NCBI GenBank assembly: GCA_964478235.1
Contig: CAYZGX010000005.1
Span: forward strand, 246 to 64,245
Length of the DNA stretch: 64,000 nucleotides
Direction of reading: 5' to 3'
Source of the DNA: an uncultured Gammaproteobacteria bacterium
GTDB lineage: Bacteria; Patescibacteriota; Patescibacteriia; Magasanikbacterales; GWA2-37-8
Both the position numbers and the translations under genes were made by a program. The notes beneath the pieces were generated by a model that saw nothing but the letters and a program-made list of their open reading frames with translations, was not told where the DNA came from and made no database searches. This document shows positions 1 to 9,544 of the stretch, one piece after another. Positions within the stretch are counted from its first letter, which is position 1. The number at the start of each line of letters is the position of its first letter.

Positions 1-88
1 TCCGGAACGTACCAAAAGAGCGGCGGCGACCGACGAATCGACCCCACCACTCATTGTCATCAAAATTTTTGGTTTACGCGAAGCCATA

Positions 89-706
89 TTACAGTTCAAT
101 CGGTAGAATCTTCGACTGTAATTTTTTGAGATAAAAGCGATTGATAACACCCATCATCGCCGTGTTTTTCTTGAGAATTTTTTTAGCCGTCTTGGTCATA
201 ATCCAATAATGGGAGTCGTAGACCAGCCGAATCAAATGCATCAGACGCTCTTCGTCGTGTGGCGCCGATTCCAAATGACGCTTGAGACCGACAGCCCCGA
301 ATAAATCGAGCTTGTCGGCATCACGCAAAATAATCGCTTCAAAATATTTGTCAGCGGCGTTGTTCCAATGATAGCGGATACTGTACAAAATAATCCGACG
401 CTCTTCGGGCATAAGATCAGCGAATCCTGCATCGTCGGCCAGCCAAATCCGAAACACCTGGTACGATAATTCATGGTGACGCACCCCTGGATGATCAGCT
501 TCAAACGCTCGACCGATGTCATGGATAACCGCAATAAAAGACGATAAAAAGACATTGGCTTTTTCAGCCTTAGCAATTAACATCGCCCACTTACGAACAC
601 GGTCGGCATGGTCAAAATTATGCGCTGGATACGGGCGTTCTTTGAAGAGCGCCTTGACCCGACGGGTAGCATGCGCCAGGAGTTGTTTTTCACGAGTAGT
701 AAACAT
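89..706 (-). CDS. HD-domain metal-dependent phosphohydrolase
   Basis: 205-aa ORF with H..HD motif (NFDHADRV), VIHDIGR and RDADKLD signatures of the HD superfamily. Confidence 0.75.
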   Translation of the reverse strand: MFTTREKQLLAHATRRVKALFKERPYPAHNFDHADRVRKWAMLIAKAEKANVFLSSFIAVIHDIGRAFEADHPGVRHHELSYQVFRIWLADDAGFADLMPEERRIILYSIRYHWNNAADKYFEAIILRDADKLDLFGAVGLKRHLESAPHDEERLMHLIRLVYDSHYWIMTKTAKKILKKNTAMMGVINRFYLKKLQSKILPIEL

Positions 707-753
707 ATGTGCCTAGTATAGCGAAGAACCGGGGGGATTTCAAGGTCTAGGAA

Positions 754-789
754 TAAAAAAATCCTCCCCAGTTACGGGAAGGATTTTTG
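754..789 (-). terminator. rho-independent terminator (imperfect 9-10 bp stem, flanking A/T runs)
   Basis: AAAAAAATCCTCCCCAGTTACGGGAAGGATTTTTGA sits directly downstream of the zinc-ribbon gene on the minus strand. Confidence 0.5.
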
Positions 790-802
790 AAGTGTCGTGG
801 GA

Positions 803-1273
803 TTAACCGCGGCGAGCCTTCATACAGTCTCGGCAATATACCGGTTTGTCACCTTTCGGTTCAAACGGCAACTGAGAGATTTGAGCACCACAGCCAGCAC
901 ATGTCATGTTCACTGAGAACATTTGACGAGGAGCCATACTGCGAGCACCGCCTGCACCCATTGCACTACCGCCACGAGTTTGGCGGAAAGCACGGTTACA
1001 ATCGGAACAGTATACTGGGCGATCACCGGATGGTTGGAACGGCAACTGAGAAACGTGAGCACCGCATTTACTGCAAGTGAGATCAACGTCAAACATTTGA
1101 CGAGGACCAGAAGATCCAAAAGCCATAATAGTTGTACATTTTGTTGTTCCCAAAATGTTGTTTGAGAGTTTATAAATCGACTTTTTCTTGGGAACAGGCA
1201 CTGCGTTACACAGCGCTTTTCGGCTTTTTGTAGCCTTAGTTACAAGCCTTGCGACCTGTAAGAGGTTACCCAA
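803..1273 (-). CDS. tandem double zinc-ribbon protein (2x CxxC-x18-CxxC); probable true start at 1126 (108 aa)
   Basis: Two near-identical internal modules (M-F-D/S-V-D/N-L/M-TC-x2-CGA-x-V/ISQLPF-x-P-x-GD-R/K-PVYC-x-DC). The ATG at 1126 precedes the first module; the upstream extension is K-rich and of uncertain reality. Confidence 0.6.
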   Translation of the reverse strand: MGNLLQVARLVTKATKSRKALCNAVPVPKKKSIYKLSNNILGTTKCTTIMAFGSSGPRQMFDVDLTCSKCGAHVSQLPFQPSGDRPVYCSDCNRAFRQTRGGSAMGAGGARSMAPRQMFSVNMTCAGCGAQISQLPFEPKGDKPVYCRDCMKARRG

Positions 1274-1339
1274 TTGTTACGACATCAGTATAGCAGAAAA
1301 AATCATTTCTGTCAAGCCTCCCACCTTAACCAGACTATA

Positions 1340-3130
1340 TTAGTCTACCCGCAGGTCATCAATCGTTGTGACCTGACCTGGAGAAAGTGGCTTTGGAGCA
1401 GTGTTTTCTGGGTTTTCAGGAGCTGGAGCTGGCGCCAAAACAGGGGCTGGAGGAGCTTTTTCCACCACAGGCATCGCTTGACTAAGAGATATCCCCTTTT
1501 GAGCGGTGTCTACCAGAAGAACCTTTTCTGGGGTGCCTTCAGGCGGTGTCATCGGCTTTTTAGGCTGAGAGTTACGGCGATCTGGCGGACGGTTGGCACC
1601 AGGTTTTTGGCCACCTCCCTGACGAGGCGGCTGGTTACCAGCTGGTTTGACCGGCGAAGCTGCTGCTGGTTTTGGAGGTTTTGCAAAGGTTGTAGAACGC
1701 AAATTAACGACTGGTGACGGTGCTGGCGGTGTTTTTGGCTTTTCTGGAGCCGGAACAACAGGCACACCATCGCCGTTTTCATCATCTTCGTCGGTCATAC
1801 CCGGAACAAGCCCGCTCCAACGCATGATTTTGTCTTCAATTTTTTCTCGAGCAGTTGCATAACGTTCGCGCGACACTCTGACAACTTTTTCTGAGCTATT
1901 AGTCGGGAAACCAATTGCTCCAAGCGTTTCAGCACTAAATGGTCGAGACGCCACACCGTCAATCATGAGCTTCAGATAGACTTGATACTTTGGCAAATTA
2001 ACTAAATCTTCTTCTACAAAAGTAGGGATAAATTCTTTAGCCAAAATCTCGGCGTCACTGGAACCAACTCGGAAAGTAACCATGGTACCCACATTGCCGA
2101 TAACCGCCGCCAACACCTTTTCATCCAACTGCTCCATATATTGGTGCGCCATGATGAGGTCTAAGCGGTATTTACGAGCTTCTGACAAAATATTTGCAAA
2201 ACTTTCAGTAGCAAAGTTCTGAAACTCGTCAACATACAAGAAAAAGTCATTGCGCTTGGCTTCGGGCAAATCTACGCGCTCCATCGCCGCTAGCTGCAGT
2301 TTGGTGATAAGCATACCACCGAGCAAACGGGAATTATCTTCACCAATACGACCCTTGGACAGGTTCATGATAAAAATCTTTTTCTCATCCATAATCTCAC
2401 GAATATTAATTCGTGATTTCACCTGCGCTACAATGTTACGAATAACTGAAGCCGACAAAAACTGACCGATCTTGTTTTGAATAGGCGCGACCGCTTCAGT
2501 GCGGAACTTTTCACTATAACCAGCAAATTCAGTTTGCCAGAAAGCTTTGACCACCGGATCTTTGAGCGCTTTGACCACTTTGTCGCGATAGTCTTCTTCG
2601 GCAAGCAAACGGTTGATACCAAGCAAAGTTGTGCCCGGATAATCCAACAGCGCCAAAATAGTGTTGTTGAGAATGTACTCCATACGAGCACTCCAGACAT
2701 CTGGCCAAATCTTTTTGAACACACCCATGAGGCCGGAAGCGACCAAATGACGATGCTCTGGATTGACGGTCTCTAGAATATTAAACCCAATCGGAAAGTT
2801 GATATCCGCTGGATTGAAATACACCACATCGTTGATACGGTTTGGTGGAACAAAATTAATAATCTTTTCAGCAAAATCACCGTGCGGATCAACCAAGCCG
2901 ACACCATGACCGGCGTAGATGTCGTTCAAAACCATGTTTTCAAGAAGCGTGGTCTTACCCATACCAGTTTTACCGACCACGTACATGTGACGGCGACGGT
3001 CATCAATCTTAATCCCGAATTTACGCTTTTGCGCCCGATAATTTGTGGCGGCAAAAAAATTAATGTCGGGATTGCTCACGATGGCTGGTTGTTCGGCTAT
3101 AGGTTGCTGGTCGGAATGAAGATCGCTCAT
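1340..3130 (-). CDS. type IV secretion/conjugation coupling-protein-like P-loop ATPase (TraD/TrwB/VirD4 family) with a long Pro/Ala-rich disordered C-terminal tail
   Basis: The Walker A block VVGKTGMGKTTLL followed by GLVDPHGDF matches the TrwB-type G-x-TG-x-GK-[ST] ... VDPNGD signature. YVDEFQNF is Walker-B-like. The last ~170 aa are low-complexity P/A/K-rich. Confidence 0.6.
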   Translation of the reverse strand: MSDLHSDQQPIAEQPAIVSNPDINFFAATNYRAQKRKFGIKIDDRRRHMYVVGKTGMGKTTLLENMVLNDIYAGHGVGLVDPHGDFAEKIINFVPPNRINDVVYFNPADINFPIGFNILETVNPEHRHLVASGLMGVFKKIWPDVWSARMEYILNNTILALLDYPGTTLLGINRLLAEEDYRDKVVKALKDPVVKAFWQTEFAGYSEKFRTEAVAPIQNKIGQFLSASVIRNIVAQVKSRINIREIMDEKKIFIMNLSKGRIGEDNSRLLGGMLITKLQLAAMERVDLPEAKRNDFFLYVDEFQNFATESFANILSEARKYRLDLIMAHQYMEQLDEKVLAAVIGNVGTMVTFRVGSSDAEILAKEFIPTFVEEDLVNLPKYQVYLKLMIDGVASRPFSAETLGAIGFPTNSSEKVVRVSRERYATAREKIEDKIMRWSGLVPGMTDEDDENGDGVPVVPAPEKPKTPPAPSPVVNLRSTTFAKPPKPAAASPVKPAGNQPPRQGGGQKPGANRPPDRRNSQPKKPMTPPEGTPEKVLLVDTAQKGISLSQAMPVVEKAPPAPVLAPAPAPENPENTAPKPLSPGQVTTIDDLRVD

Positions 3131-3175
3131 AGTTGTCCGATTAGTATACCATTATTCCCCTCTCGCGAGAAGAAG

Positions 3176-3871
3176 CTATTTTGTTTCAATCGAAACTTCG
3201 CTCACTACCACTGGTTCAACCGGACTAGACTTTTCGCCATTAGCAAAAGTCACCGGAGCTGAAGCAATCGCATCAACAACATCAAGACCACTAACGACTC
3301 GGCCAAAGATAACATAATTCTTTTCGAGCGGGACATCGGCATGCATGATGAAAAATTGACTGCCGTTGGTGTTTGGACCAGCGTTTGCCATCGCAACGGT
3401 GCCTCGAGTGTATTCGCCAGTAAATGGTTCGTCGTCAAAACGATAGCCTGGGCCGCCACGACCGGTGCCCATTGGGTCGCCACCTTGAATCATAAAACCT
3501 TTCATCACCCGATGAAAAATAGTTTTGTCATAAAAATCTGCTTGAGCGAGCGACACAAAGTTGTTGACGGTAATTGGTGTCCCTTTAGCATTAAGCTCAA
3601 TAGTAATATCCCCCTTAGTTGTTTTTAAAACAGCAAAATACTGTTTGGCGGTATCAATCTGCATTACAGGCTGACTTGGTGTGGTTGGCATAGTTTCTTG
3701 TTTAGTAGTTTCTGGAGCCGATGTGGCGGCTGCTGGTTGGTTAGCAAAGGTTAATTCTTCCAAAGTTGGCGGTTTAACAGTGACAGTAGATCTCGGCGGA
3801 GCAAAGAGCGCCGACAGAACCAACCACACCACCACGCCAGTGAGAGCTAAAATGATGAGTAAACGTATCAT
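3176..3871 (-). CDS. ppiB: peptidyl-prolyl cis-trans isomerase, cyclophilin type, N-terminal membrane anchor
   Basis: Cyclophilin signatures FHRVMKGFMIQGGDP, MANAGPNTNGSQFFI; N-terminal hydrophobic helix. Confidence 0.9.
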   Translation of the reverse strand: MIRLLIILALTGVVVWLVLSALFAPPRSTVTVKPPTLEELTFANQPAAATSAPETTKQETMPTTPSQPVMQIDTAKQYFAVLKTTKGDITIELNAKGTPITVNNFVSLAQADFYDKTIFHRVMKGFMIQGGDPMGTGRGGPGYRFDDEPFTGEYTRGTVAMANAGPNTNGSQFFIMHADVPLEKNYVIFGRVVSGLDVVDAIASAPVTFANGEKSSPVEPVVVSEVSIETK

Positions 3872-3882
3872 ATATATACTCC

Positions 3883-4434
3883 TTAATTAGTTTGGCAAGC
3901 TTTATACAACCCGAGCTGTTGACTACGTGCTGTTTTGGCAGCTTCGGCAAAAACTTCGCGATAGGCTACATCAGGCGGAAAGGTAGCTGGGTTCGCATAC
4001 CCTTCGCTCACCAATTTCAAATTTACAAAAGTGCCGTCTTCAAGATACACATAGCGGAGCAGCCGGCCGTACCTGTCGGTCTCGGAAACATCTTTTACTA
4101 GGCGCACCATTTTGCCAAGCACGAGCTGTTTATTATAGGCGCTCGCCTCAGCTCCAAAACATTCCACCCCTTTGGTCGGATGTTTAGTCTCTGGTGTATC
4201 TACACCAATATAACGAACTTTTTCACCCGTCGCAAGCTCAATAGTATCGCCATCAATAACTTTGGACACGAGCGTGGACGAAGTGGAAATTTTGGCACCT
4301 TGTACGGTGGTAGTAATAACAGTGTTCGGGGTAACTGATTCACTAGAAGGCATTTCCACTCCCAACTGATCAAGGATAAGCGCTAACACCACAAATGCCA
4401 ACGACGTTAGTAATGTTTTTGTTCGTTGACGCAT
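3883..4434 (-). CDS. thermonuclease (staphylococcal nuclease/SNase-like), secreted or membrane-anchored
   Basis: VIDGDTIEL...VRYIGVDTPET...DRYGRLLRYVY...NLKLVSEGYA are classic SNase motifs. Start moved to the in-frame ATG at 4434 (MRQRTKT, basic n-region plus TM), which abuts the Nudix stop. Confidence 0.85.
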   Translation of the reverse strand: MRQRTKTLLTSLAFVVLALILDQLGVEMPSSESVTPNTVITTTVQGAKISTSSTLVSKVIDGDTIELATGEKVRYIGVDTPETKHPTKGVECFGAEASAYNKQLVLGKMVRLVKDVSETDRYGRLLRYVYLEDGTFVNLKLVSEGYANPATFPPDVAYREVFAEAAKTARSQQLGLYKACQTN

Positions 4435-4436
4435 AG

Positions 4437-4988
4437 TTATTTTTGTTTTATCAATCGCTCGCGAGCAAAAAGCCAACCAGCCAACGCCTGACCATCCCAA
4501 ATTTCACCACGTTTAACCATATCATCAAATTCATCAGGACGACGCTCAATAATTTCAATTTCTTCATTCTCGGTAATCTTCGGTTCGGCAACATGTTCCA
4601 AATCAGTTGATAAAAACACATGGCACATATCTTTCACGAGCCCCATACACCCTTCAAATTCACCGAGCTTGATAAGCTCCCCCACCTGATAGCCAGTTTC
4701 TTCGAGGAGCTCACGCTTGGCCGCTTCGCTCGGCGATTCGTTCGCGTCAATGCCGCCACCCGGAAAGCTGATACTAAAACGATCGCGTAAATAGCGAAAT
4801 TGGCGAACTAAGAGAATGTTGCCGTTTGGTAAAACGGGAATAATAAACGCCGCCCCAGAACCAGGATTTTCACCGTAAAAATATTCTCCAGTGGTGCCGT
4901 CAGGGCGTTCAAAGACATCTTTTTTATACTCCCACCAAGGGTTGGTATGAATACTTTCCGTAGACAACCGTTTCAGATAATGAGACAT
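4437..4988 (-). CDS. NUDIX hydrolase (ADP-ribose pyrophosphatase-like)
   Basis: Nudix box GGGIDANESPSEAAKRELLEETG. Confidence 0.85.
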   Translation of the reverse strand: MSHYLKRLSTESIHTNPWWEYKKDVFERPDGTTGEYFYGENPGSGAAFIIPVLPNGNILLVRQFRYLRDRFSISFPGGGIDANESPSEAAKRELLEETGYQVGELIKLGEFEGCMGLVKDMCHVFLSTDLEHVAEPKITENEEIEIIERRPDEFDDMVKRGEIWDGQALAGWLFARERLIKQK

Positions 4989-4991
4989 ACA

Positions 4992-5393
4992 TTAAACAAA
5001 CAAACGAGCCACCTCTTTAACATCACCAGTGTCTTTGGAGCGGATGATAGAATGCATTGAACCTCCCCCATCGCCCTCAAAGCGAGGTAAAATGTGCCAA
5101 TGGGTATGCGGCACCGCCTGTCCCGCAGCTGGGCCATTATTGAGACCAATATTCATCGCTTCCGGCGCGAGCACTTTGTTAATTTTTTCAGCTGCCGACT
5201 TCACTCCGCGCATCACCGCCAAATAACTCGCTTCATCCATTTCTTCAAGCGTAGCAAAATGCTGTTTAGGAATCACCACCGTGTGACCTTTGGTACAGGG
5301 ATGAATATCCAAAAAAGCAATCACCGCCGAATCTTCGTAGACCGCCAAATGAGGAATCGCGCCAGAGACAATCTTACAAAACAAACAGTCCAT
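4992..5393 (-). CDS. HIT-family (histidine triad) nucleotide hydrolase
   Basis: CLFCKI N-terminal motif and HxHxHxx triad (HTHWHILPR); start at the internal ATG 5393. Confidence 0.85.
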   Translation of the reverse strand: MDCLFCKIVSGAIPHLAVYEDSAVIAFLDIHPCTKGHTVVIPKQHFATLEEMDEASYLAVMRGVKSAAEKINKVLAPEAMNIGLNNGPAAGQAVPHTHWHILPRFEGDGGGSMHSIIRSKDTGDVKEVARLFV

Positions 5394-5415
5394 ACATTTA
5401 AAAAACAAGAGTTAG

Positions 5416-7620
5416 TTACTTAGTATACCGCCAGATACTAATTGTATCAAGCACTTGGGTGAGCGTCCCTACCCCCACACTGAGCGAGCTTGGTACTACC
5501 AAAAAACACTGATCAGCCCCCGTGGCCGACAAAGCTTTGTCCCAAGCTTCTTTGGTCGGGAGCGCGGTGAGAGATGTGTAGACCTCTTCAAGAACTGGTT
5601 GAGCAAAGTACTGATTTACCGGAAACCCGCCACCAATCACCGCTCGGCCAGTGACAGCTTCGAGAGCTAGGAGCGGATAGGTGCCGGCCACCACACATGG
5701 CTTGGCCGTGAGTGTATTTGAAACATACTTCATCGCTCGAAATTCATCAACACTGACAGTGCCGGTGTCAGGGCCAAGTGTATATGAGGCAATCATAGCC
5801 AGAGACGACAGCACAACAGCGCCAACAAGAGTACGCTGAACAAACGGCGTCTCGGCGCCATAACGAGAGACAAACGCTCGAGCCAAGAGAAGAACCATAA
5901 CCACGCTTACAAGCGCGAGTAAGCTGTCCAAGCGACGAGTAAAAATCTGCTCTCCCACCAACGCATAACGAGAAATAATGTATCCACCAAACAACGAAGT
6001 AGTAAGAACAGCCATAACCGTATGTGCTGGGCGCTTGGAGCGATATGACACTACCGTACCCCAAATCACAGCAACAAAGAAAACAACGGCATAGGCGACG
6101 AGCCACCAACGCCAGGTGGTGAGGAGTGTCGGTACAAACGAATAGCTCGGCACCTGATTAAATAAAATATTACCCGTGGCAATATCGTGCGGACGCGGGC
6201 CAGATGCTAGATAAAACGCTGAAAAGTTTCCAATAAGTTGCTGTATCTGCTGAAGCCAATTAATTGATGATGAAAATTGACTATATCGAGAAATAATTTC
6301 AATTGCTGGCAAAAGAATCACCCCCAACACCGTTACTTTTATCAAAACAGCCCGCTCCACAAAGCGAGACGAACGACGCGAAGCCAGAATTGCCTCAGCG
6401 GTAAACCAGGTAAACCAATACAGCACCGCAAATAAGCTGTAGGAAAAAATCGAAGCAAACCCAATAGCTGTAAGAAGTAGAAGTTGTTTTTTATGAGGAC
6501 TGCGGACACGCTCTAGTATAAGGATAAGCGATACAATAAAAAACACGAGCCCGAGATTGACTGGCAAACTAAACGAGCCAGCCGACATGAGCGCATAGGG
6601 CAAAAGGCTGAGCCAAGCGAGCGCCAAACGACCGCGCACCTTGAGCCCCAACACCGACCCAAGAGCATACATCAAAAACGGCAATAATACTGAAACCAAC
6701 ACCGGCCCAAGCCATATCATCAACATCAAGAGATTAATCCCGGTGGTTCTATTTACTAAAGAAAATAACGACCAAAACTGGCCGTAGGTGACAGAAGTGA
6801 GATATGACCCAAGATGAGGTGTTTCGTTCAAGACCGCTTGCACCATTGGTTTTTCCTGAATAACATTTTGAATAAATCCAATATGTCGCCAGCCATCAGC
6901 GCCATAAAGAAGCTCATGCGTGGCCGGCACATAGCTATGAAGCACTAGGCTCGATAATACCAAGAAAAATAATAACACCGACGCGCGAATACGCGATCCG
7001 ATAAGGAGACCTAAGATAACTATAATTCCACCAGCGACCGGCAAAAAGCCCGGAACAATTGTTTGCCACGGTGTGGTGACATGTCCGCCAGTACGACTTA
7101 TAACAAAAAGATAAACGGCGTCGAGCAGGAGCGCGAGGAGGATTACCACTCCAAAACTAGAGGCGAGCCCAACTGGTGTTTCAAAAGACAGTGTAGCCAG
7201 AGTCGTCTCCCCTGCTGTTGGCTCGGGCGCCTGACTACCAAGAAGAAACAACGCCAAAGAAACCAGAGCAAGCACACCAGCCCAGATGAGCGGCGTCAAA
7301 ACAGCTACCGAGAGAAGCGCTCCGGCCAAAGCAGTCACAAAAAACACCACCAAAAGCGAACTAATCAAGAAAAGCGACATTCCCCGTTTACCATGAAAAT
7401 AGACAACGATAAAAGACTGGACCGGCTGAGATACGACGGCAACATAGATAACCAAAGCCAAAATACCTACCAAACTCGGGACACTCGCCTCAAACGGCAT
7501 GGTGGCAAAAATGCCAAAAACAGCCACGAGACTGGCCAAAAAGTGAAACTTTTTAAAACGGTAGAGCATAAAAGGTATGCCGTAAGTATACCACGGAGGG
7601 CTCGAAAAGAAACAGTGCAC
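5416..7620 (-). CDS. large polytopic integral membrane protein (>=14 predicted TM helices), function unknown
   Basis: 734-aa ORF dominated by hydrophobic helices with a soluble C-terminal ~100 aa; no recognisable catalytic motif; maybe a glycosyltransferase-C/PMT-like fold. Confidence 0.55.
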   Translation of the reverse strand: MHCFFSSPPWYTYGIPFMLYRFKKFHFLASLVAVFGIFATMPFEASVPSLVGILALVIYVAVVSQPVQSFIVVYFHGKRGMSLFLISSLLVVFFVTALAGALLSVAVLTPLIWAGVLALVSLALFLLGSQAPEPTAGETTLATLSFETPVGLASSFGVVILLALLLDAVYLFVISRTGGHVTTPWQTIVPGFLPVAGGIIVILGLLIGSRIRASVLLFFLVLSSLVLHSYVPATHELLYGADGWRHIGFIQNVIQEKPMVQAVLNETPHLGSYLTSVTYGQFWSLFSLVNRTTGINLLMLMIWLGPVLVSVLLPFLMYALGSVLGLKVRGRLALAWLSLLPYALMSAGSFSLPVNLGLVFFIVSLILILERVRSPHKKQLLLLTAIGFASIFSYSLFAVLYWFTWFTAEAILASRRSSRFVERAVLIKVTVLGVILLPAIEIISRYSQFSSSINWLQQIQQLIGNFSAFYLASGPRPHDIATGNILFNQVPSYSFVPTLLTTWRWWLVAYAVVFFVAVIWGTVVSYRSKRPAHTVMAVLTTSLFGGYIISRYALVGEQIFTRRLDSLLALVSVVMVLLLARAFVSRYGAETPFVQRTLVGAVVLSSLAMIASYTLGPDTGTVSVDEFRAMKYVSNTLTAKPCVVAGTYPLLALEAVTGRAVIGGGFPVNQYFAQPVLEEVYTSLTALPTKEAWDKALSATGADQCFLVVPSSLSVGVGTLTQVLDTISIWRYTK

Positions 7621-7678
7621 TGTCTACCCACAATTCCTCCCCATGTACGGCTTGCCGAAAGCTGGCCCATAGGCTACT

Positions 7679-9202
7679 ATGACTCTACTTTATAGCGCTT
7701 GTCCTATGTCCTCGGATAGTATTGAAAAAATCCCCCCGCAAAGCCTTGAAGCTGAGATGTCTCTCCTCGGCTCTATTTTGATTGACCGCGAAGCCATGCT
7801 CAAAGTGGCGGACATTGTGAAAGCTGAAGATTTTTACAAAGAATCGCACGGTAAAATCTACGAAACGATTGTTGAGCTCTACAGCCGAAGCGAACCACTC
7901 GATCTTTTGACCCTAAGTAATCGTCTTGAAGAAAAAAGTTTACTCGAGCGCATCGGTGGCCGCACCTATCTCGCCACTCTCACCAACGCCGTGCCAACCG
8001 CTTCAAACGTCGTCCACTACGCAAACATCGTCCACAAAAAAGCAACTCGCCGACGACTGCTTCAAGCTTCCCAAGAAATTACTCGCTTATCATTCCAAGA
8101 AGAAGAGGGTGACATTGAACAAGTGCTTGATCAAGCGCAACAACACCTCTACGGCGTCTCGCAGGTATATCTCAAACAAACCTTTACCCCAATTCGCGGT
8201 GTTTTGGCTGACGCTTTTGATCGCATCGACGAACTCCATAAAAACAAAGGACAATTGCGTGGTGTGCCAACTGGTTTTACCGCTCTTGATAACCTCCTCG
8301 CCGGCCTACAAAAGTCCGACTTGGTGATTATCGCTGCCCGCCCAGCTGTTGGTAAAACTTCGTTTGTGCTCGACATTGTGCGAAACGTCGCCACCAAACG
8401 CAAAGTGGCTGTCGGTATGTTTTCGCTTGAAATGAGTAAAGAACAGCTCGTAGATAGAATGCTCTGTTCCGAGGCCAATGTGGACCTCTGGAAAATGCGC
8501 ACCGGCCGATTGTCCGACCGCCCCGAAGATGAAGATTTTTCTCGTATCGGCCACGCTATCGGCACTTTGTCTGAAGCGCCAATCTTTATCGACGATTCCC
8601 CAAACTTAAATATCATGCAGATTCGCACCAAAGCTCGCCGCCTCCAGGCAGAGCACGGCTTAGGACTCATTGTTATCGACTACTTGCAGCTGATGGAATC
8701 GTCAAGTAAAGGTGATTCTGACAACCGTGTGCAAGAAGTTGCCGCTATCACTCGTGGTCTCAAAGGTATTGCTCGTGAACTCAATATTCCAGTGGTCGCC
8801 TTGTCCCAGCTCTCTCGCGTGGTAGAACAAAGCAAGCCAGCTATTCCAAAATTAGCCCACTTGCGTGAATCGGGGTCTATCGAGCAGGACGCCGACGTGG
8901 TGCTCTTTATCTATCGAAAATCAGCCGACCGCAACTACCGCCCGGAAGATATTCCACCCGACGAACGAGGGACTGGTGAAATCCATATTGCCAAACATCG
9001 TAACGGGCCAACCGGTATGGTCAAAGTGGCCTTCAACGAAGCATTTGCCTCGTATCGCAACTTGGAAACCAGCTTTAGCCAAAACGGCGGAGGCCAAGCG
9101 CCAACACAAAACAACGCCCCACAAAATAATGCGCTCAAACCAAAATCCGCTTTTGTCCGCCCACCACCAGCCAACAATCCTAACGAAATTCCACAATTTT
9201 AA
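7679..9202 (+). CDS. dnaB: replicative DNA helicase DnaB
   Basis: N-terminal SLEAEMSLLGSIL, Walker A ARPAVGKTSF, IVIDYLQLM, ALSQLSRVVEQ, RESGSIEQDADVV; alternative ATG at 7706; no intein. Confidence 0.95.
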   Translation: MTLLYSACPMSSDSIEKIPPQSLEAEMSLLGSILIDREAMLKVADIVKAEDFYKESHGKIYETIVELYSRSEPLDLLTLSNRLEEKSLLERIGGRTYLATLTNAVPTASNVVHYANIVHKKATRRRLLQASQEITRLSFQEEEGDIEQVLDQAQQHLYGVSQVYLKQTFTPIRGVLADAFDRIDELHKNKGQLRGVPTGFTALDNLLAGLQKSDLVIIAARPAVGKTSFVLDIVRNVATKRKVAVGMFSLEMSKEQLVDRMLCSEANVDLWKMRTGRLSDRPEDEDFSRIGHAIGTLSEAPIFIDDSPNLNIMQIRTKARRLQAEHGLGLIVIDYLQLMESSSKGDSDNRVQEVAAITRGLKGIARELNIPVVALSQLSRVVEQSKPAIPKLAHLRESGSIEQDADVVLFIYRKSADRNYRPEDIPPDERGTGEIHIAKHRNGPTGMVKVAFNEAFASYRNLETSFSQNGGGQAPTQNNAPQNNALKPKSAFVRPPPANNPNEIPQF

Positions 9203-9211
9203 TTATATACT

Positions 9212-9523
9212 ATGTCCATGTTCTCCAAACTCAAGCAGTTCAAAGATCTCCGCGATCAAGGTAAAAAACTCCAAGAAGCGCTCGGCACCGAAAGTGTCAC
9301 TGTCCGCGAACTTGGCGACAAAGTCGTCCTAACAATCGACGGCAACCTCCAAATGACTGGCCTGGCTATTGATCCAGAAGTGCTGACCCCAGACAAAAAA
9401 GAAAAGCTAGAAAACGCTATCAAGAACGCCCACAGCGACGCTCTCAAAAAAATGCAACGCATTATCGCAAGTAAAATGCAGGAGATGGGCGGTTTCCCTG
9501 GTCTCGGCGGTGGACAAGAATAA
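9212..9523 (+). CDS. ybaB: YbaB/EbfC family nucleoid-associated protein
   Basis: About 100 aa, characteristic fold signature, conserved position immediately upstream of recR. Confidence 0.85.
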   Translation: MSMFSKLKQFKDLRDQGKKLQEALGTESVTVRELGDKVVLTIDGNLQMTGLAIDPEVLTPDKKEKLENAIKNAHSDALKKMQRIIASKMQEMGGFPGLGGGQE

Positions 9524-9544
9524 TCCTCTCCCCTACGGGGGTAT

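Noticed and set aside
803-1273. FmdB-type zinc ribbon assignment
   Set aside because: Spacing (x18) and conserved SQLPF/PVYC residues differ from the FmdB CxxC_CxxC_SSSS pattern
7926-9332. ORFs overlapping dnaB on both strands
   Set aside because: Embedded in a confidently identified conserved CDS
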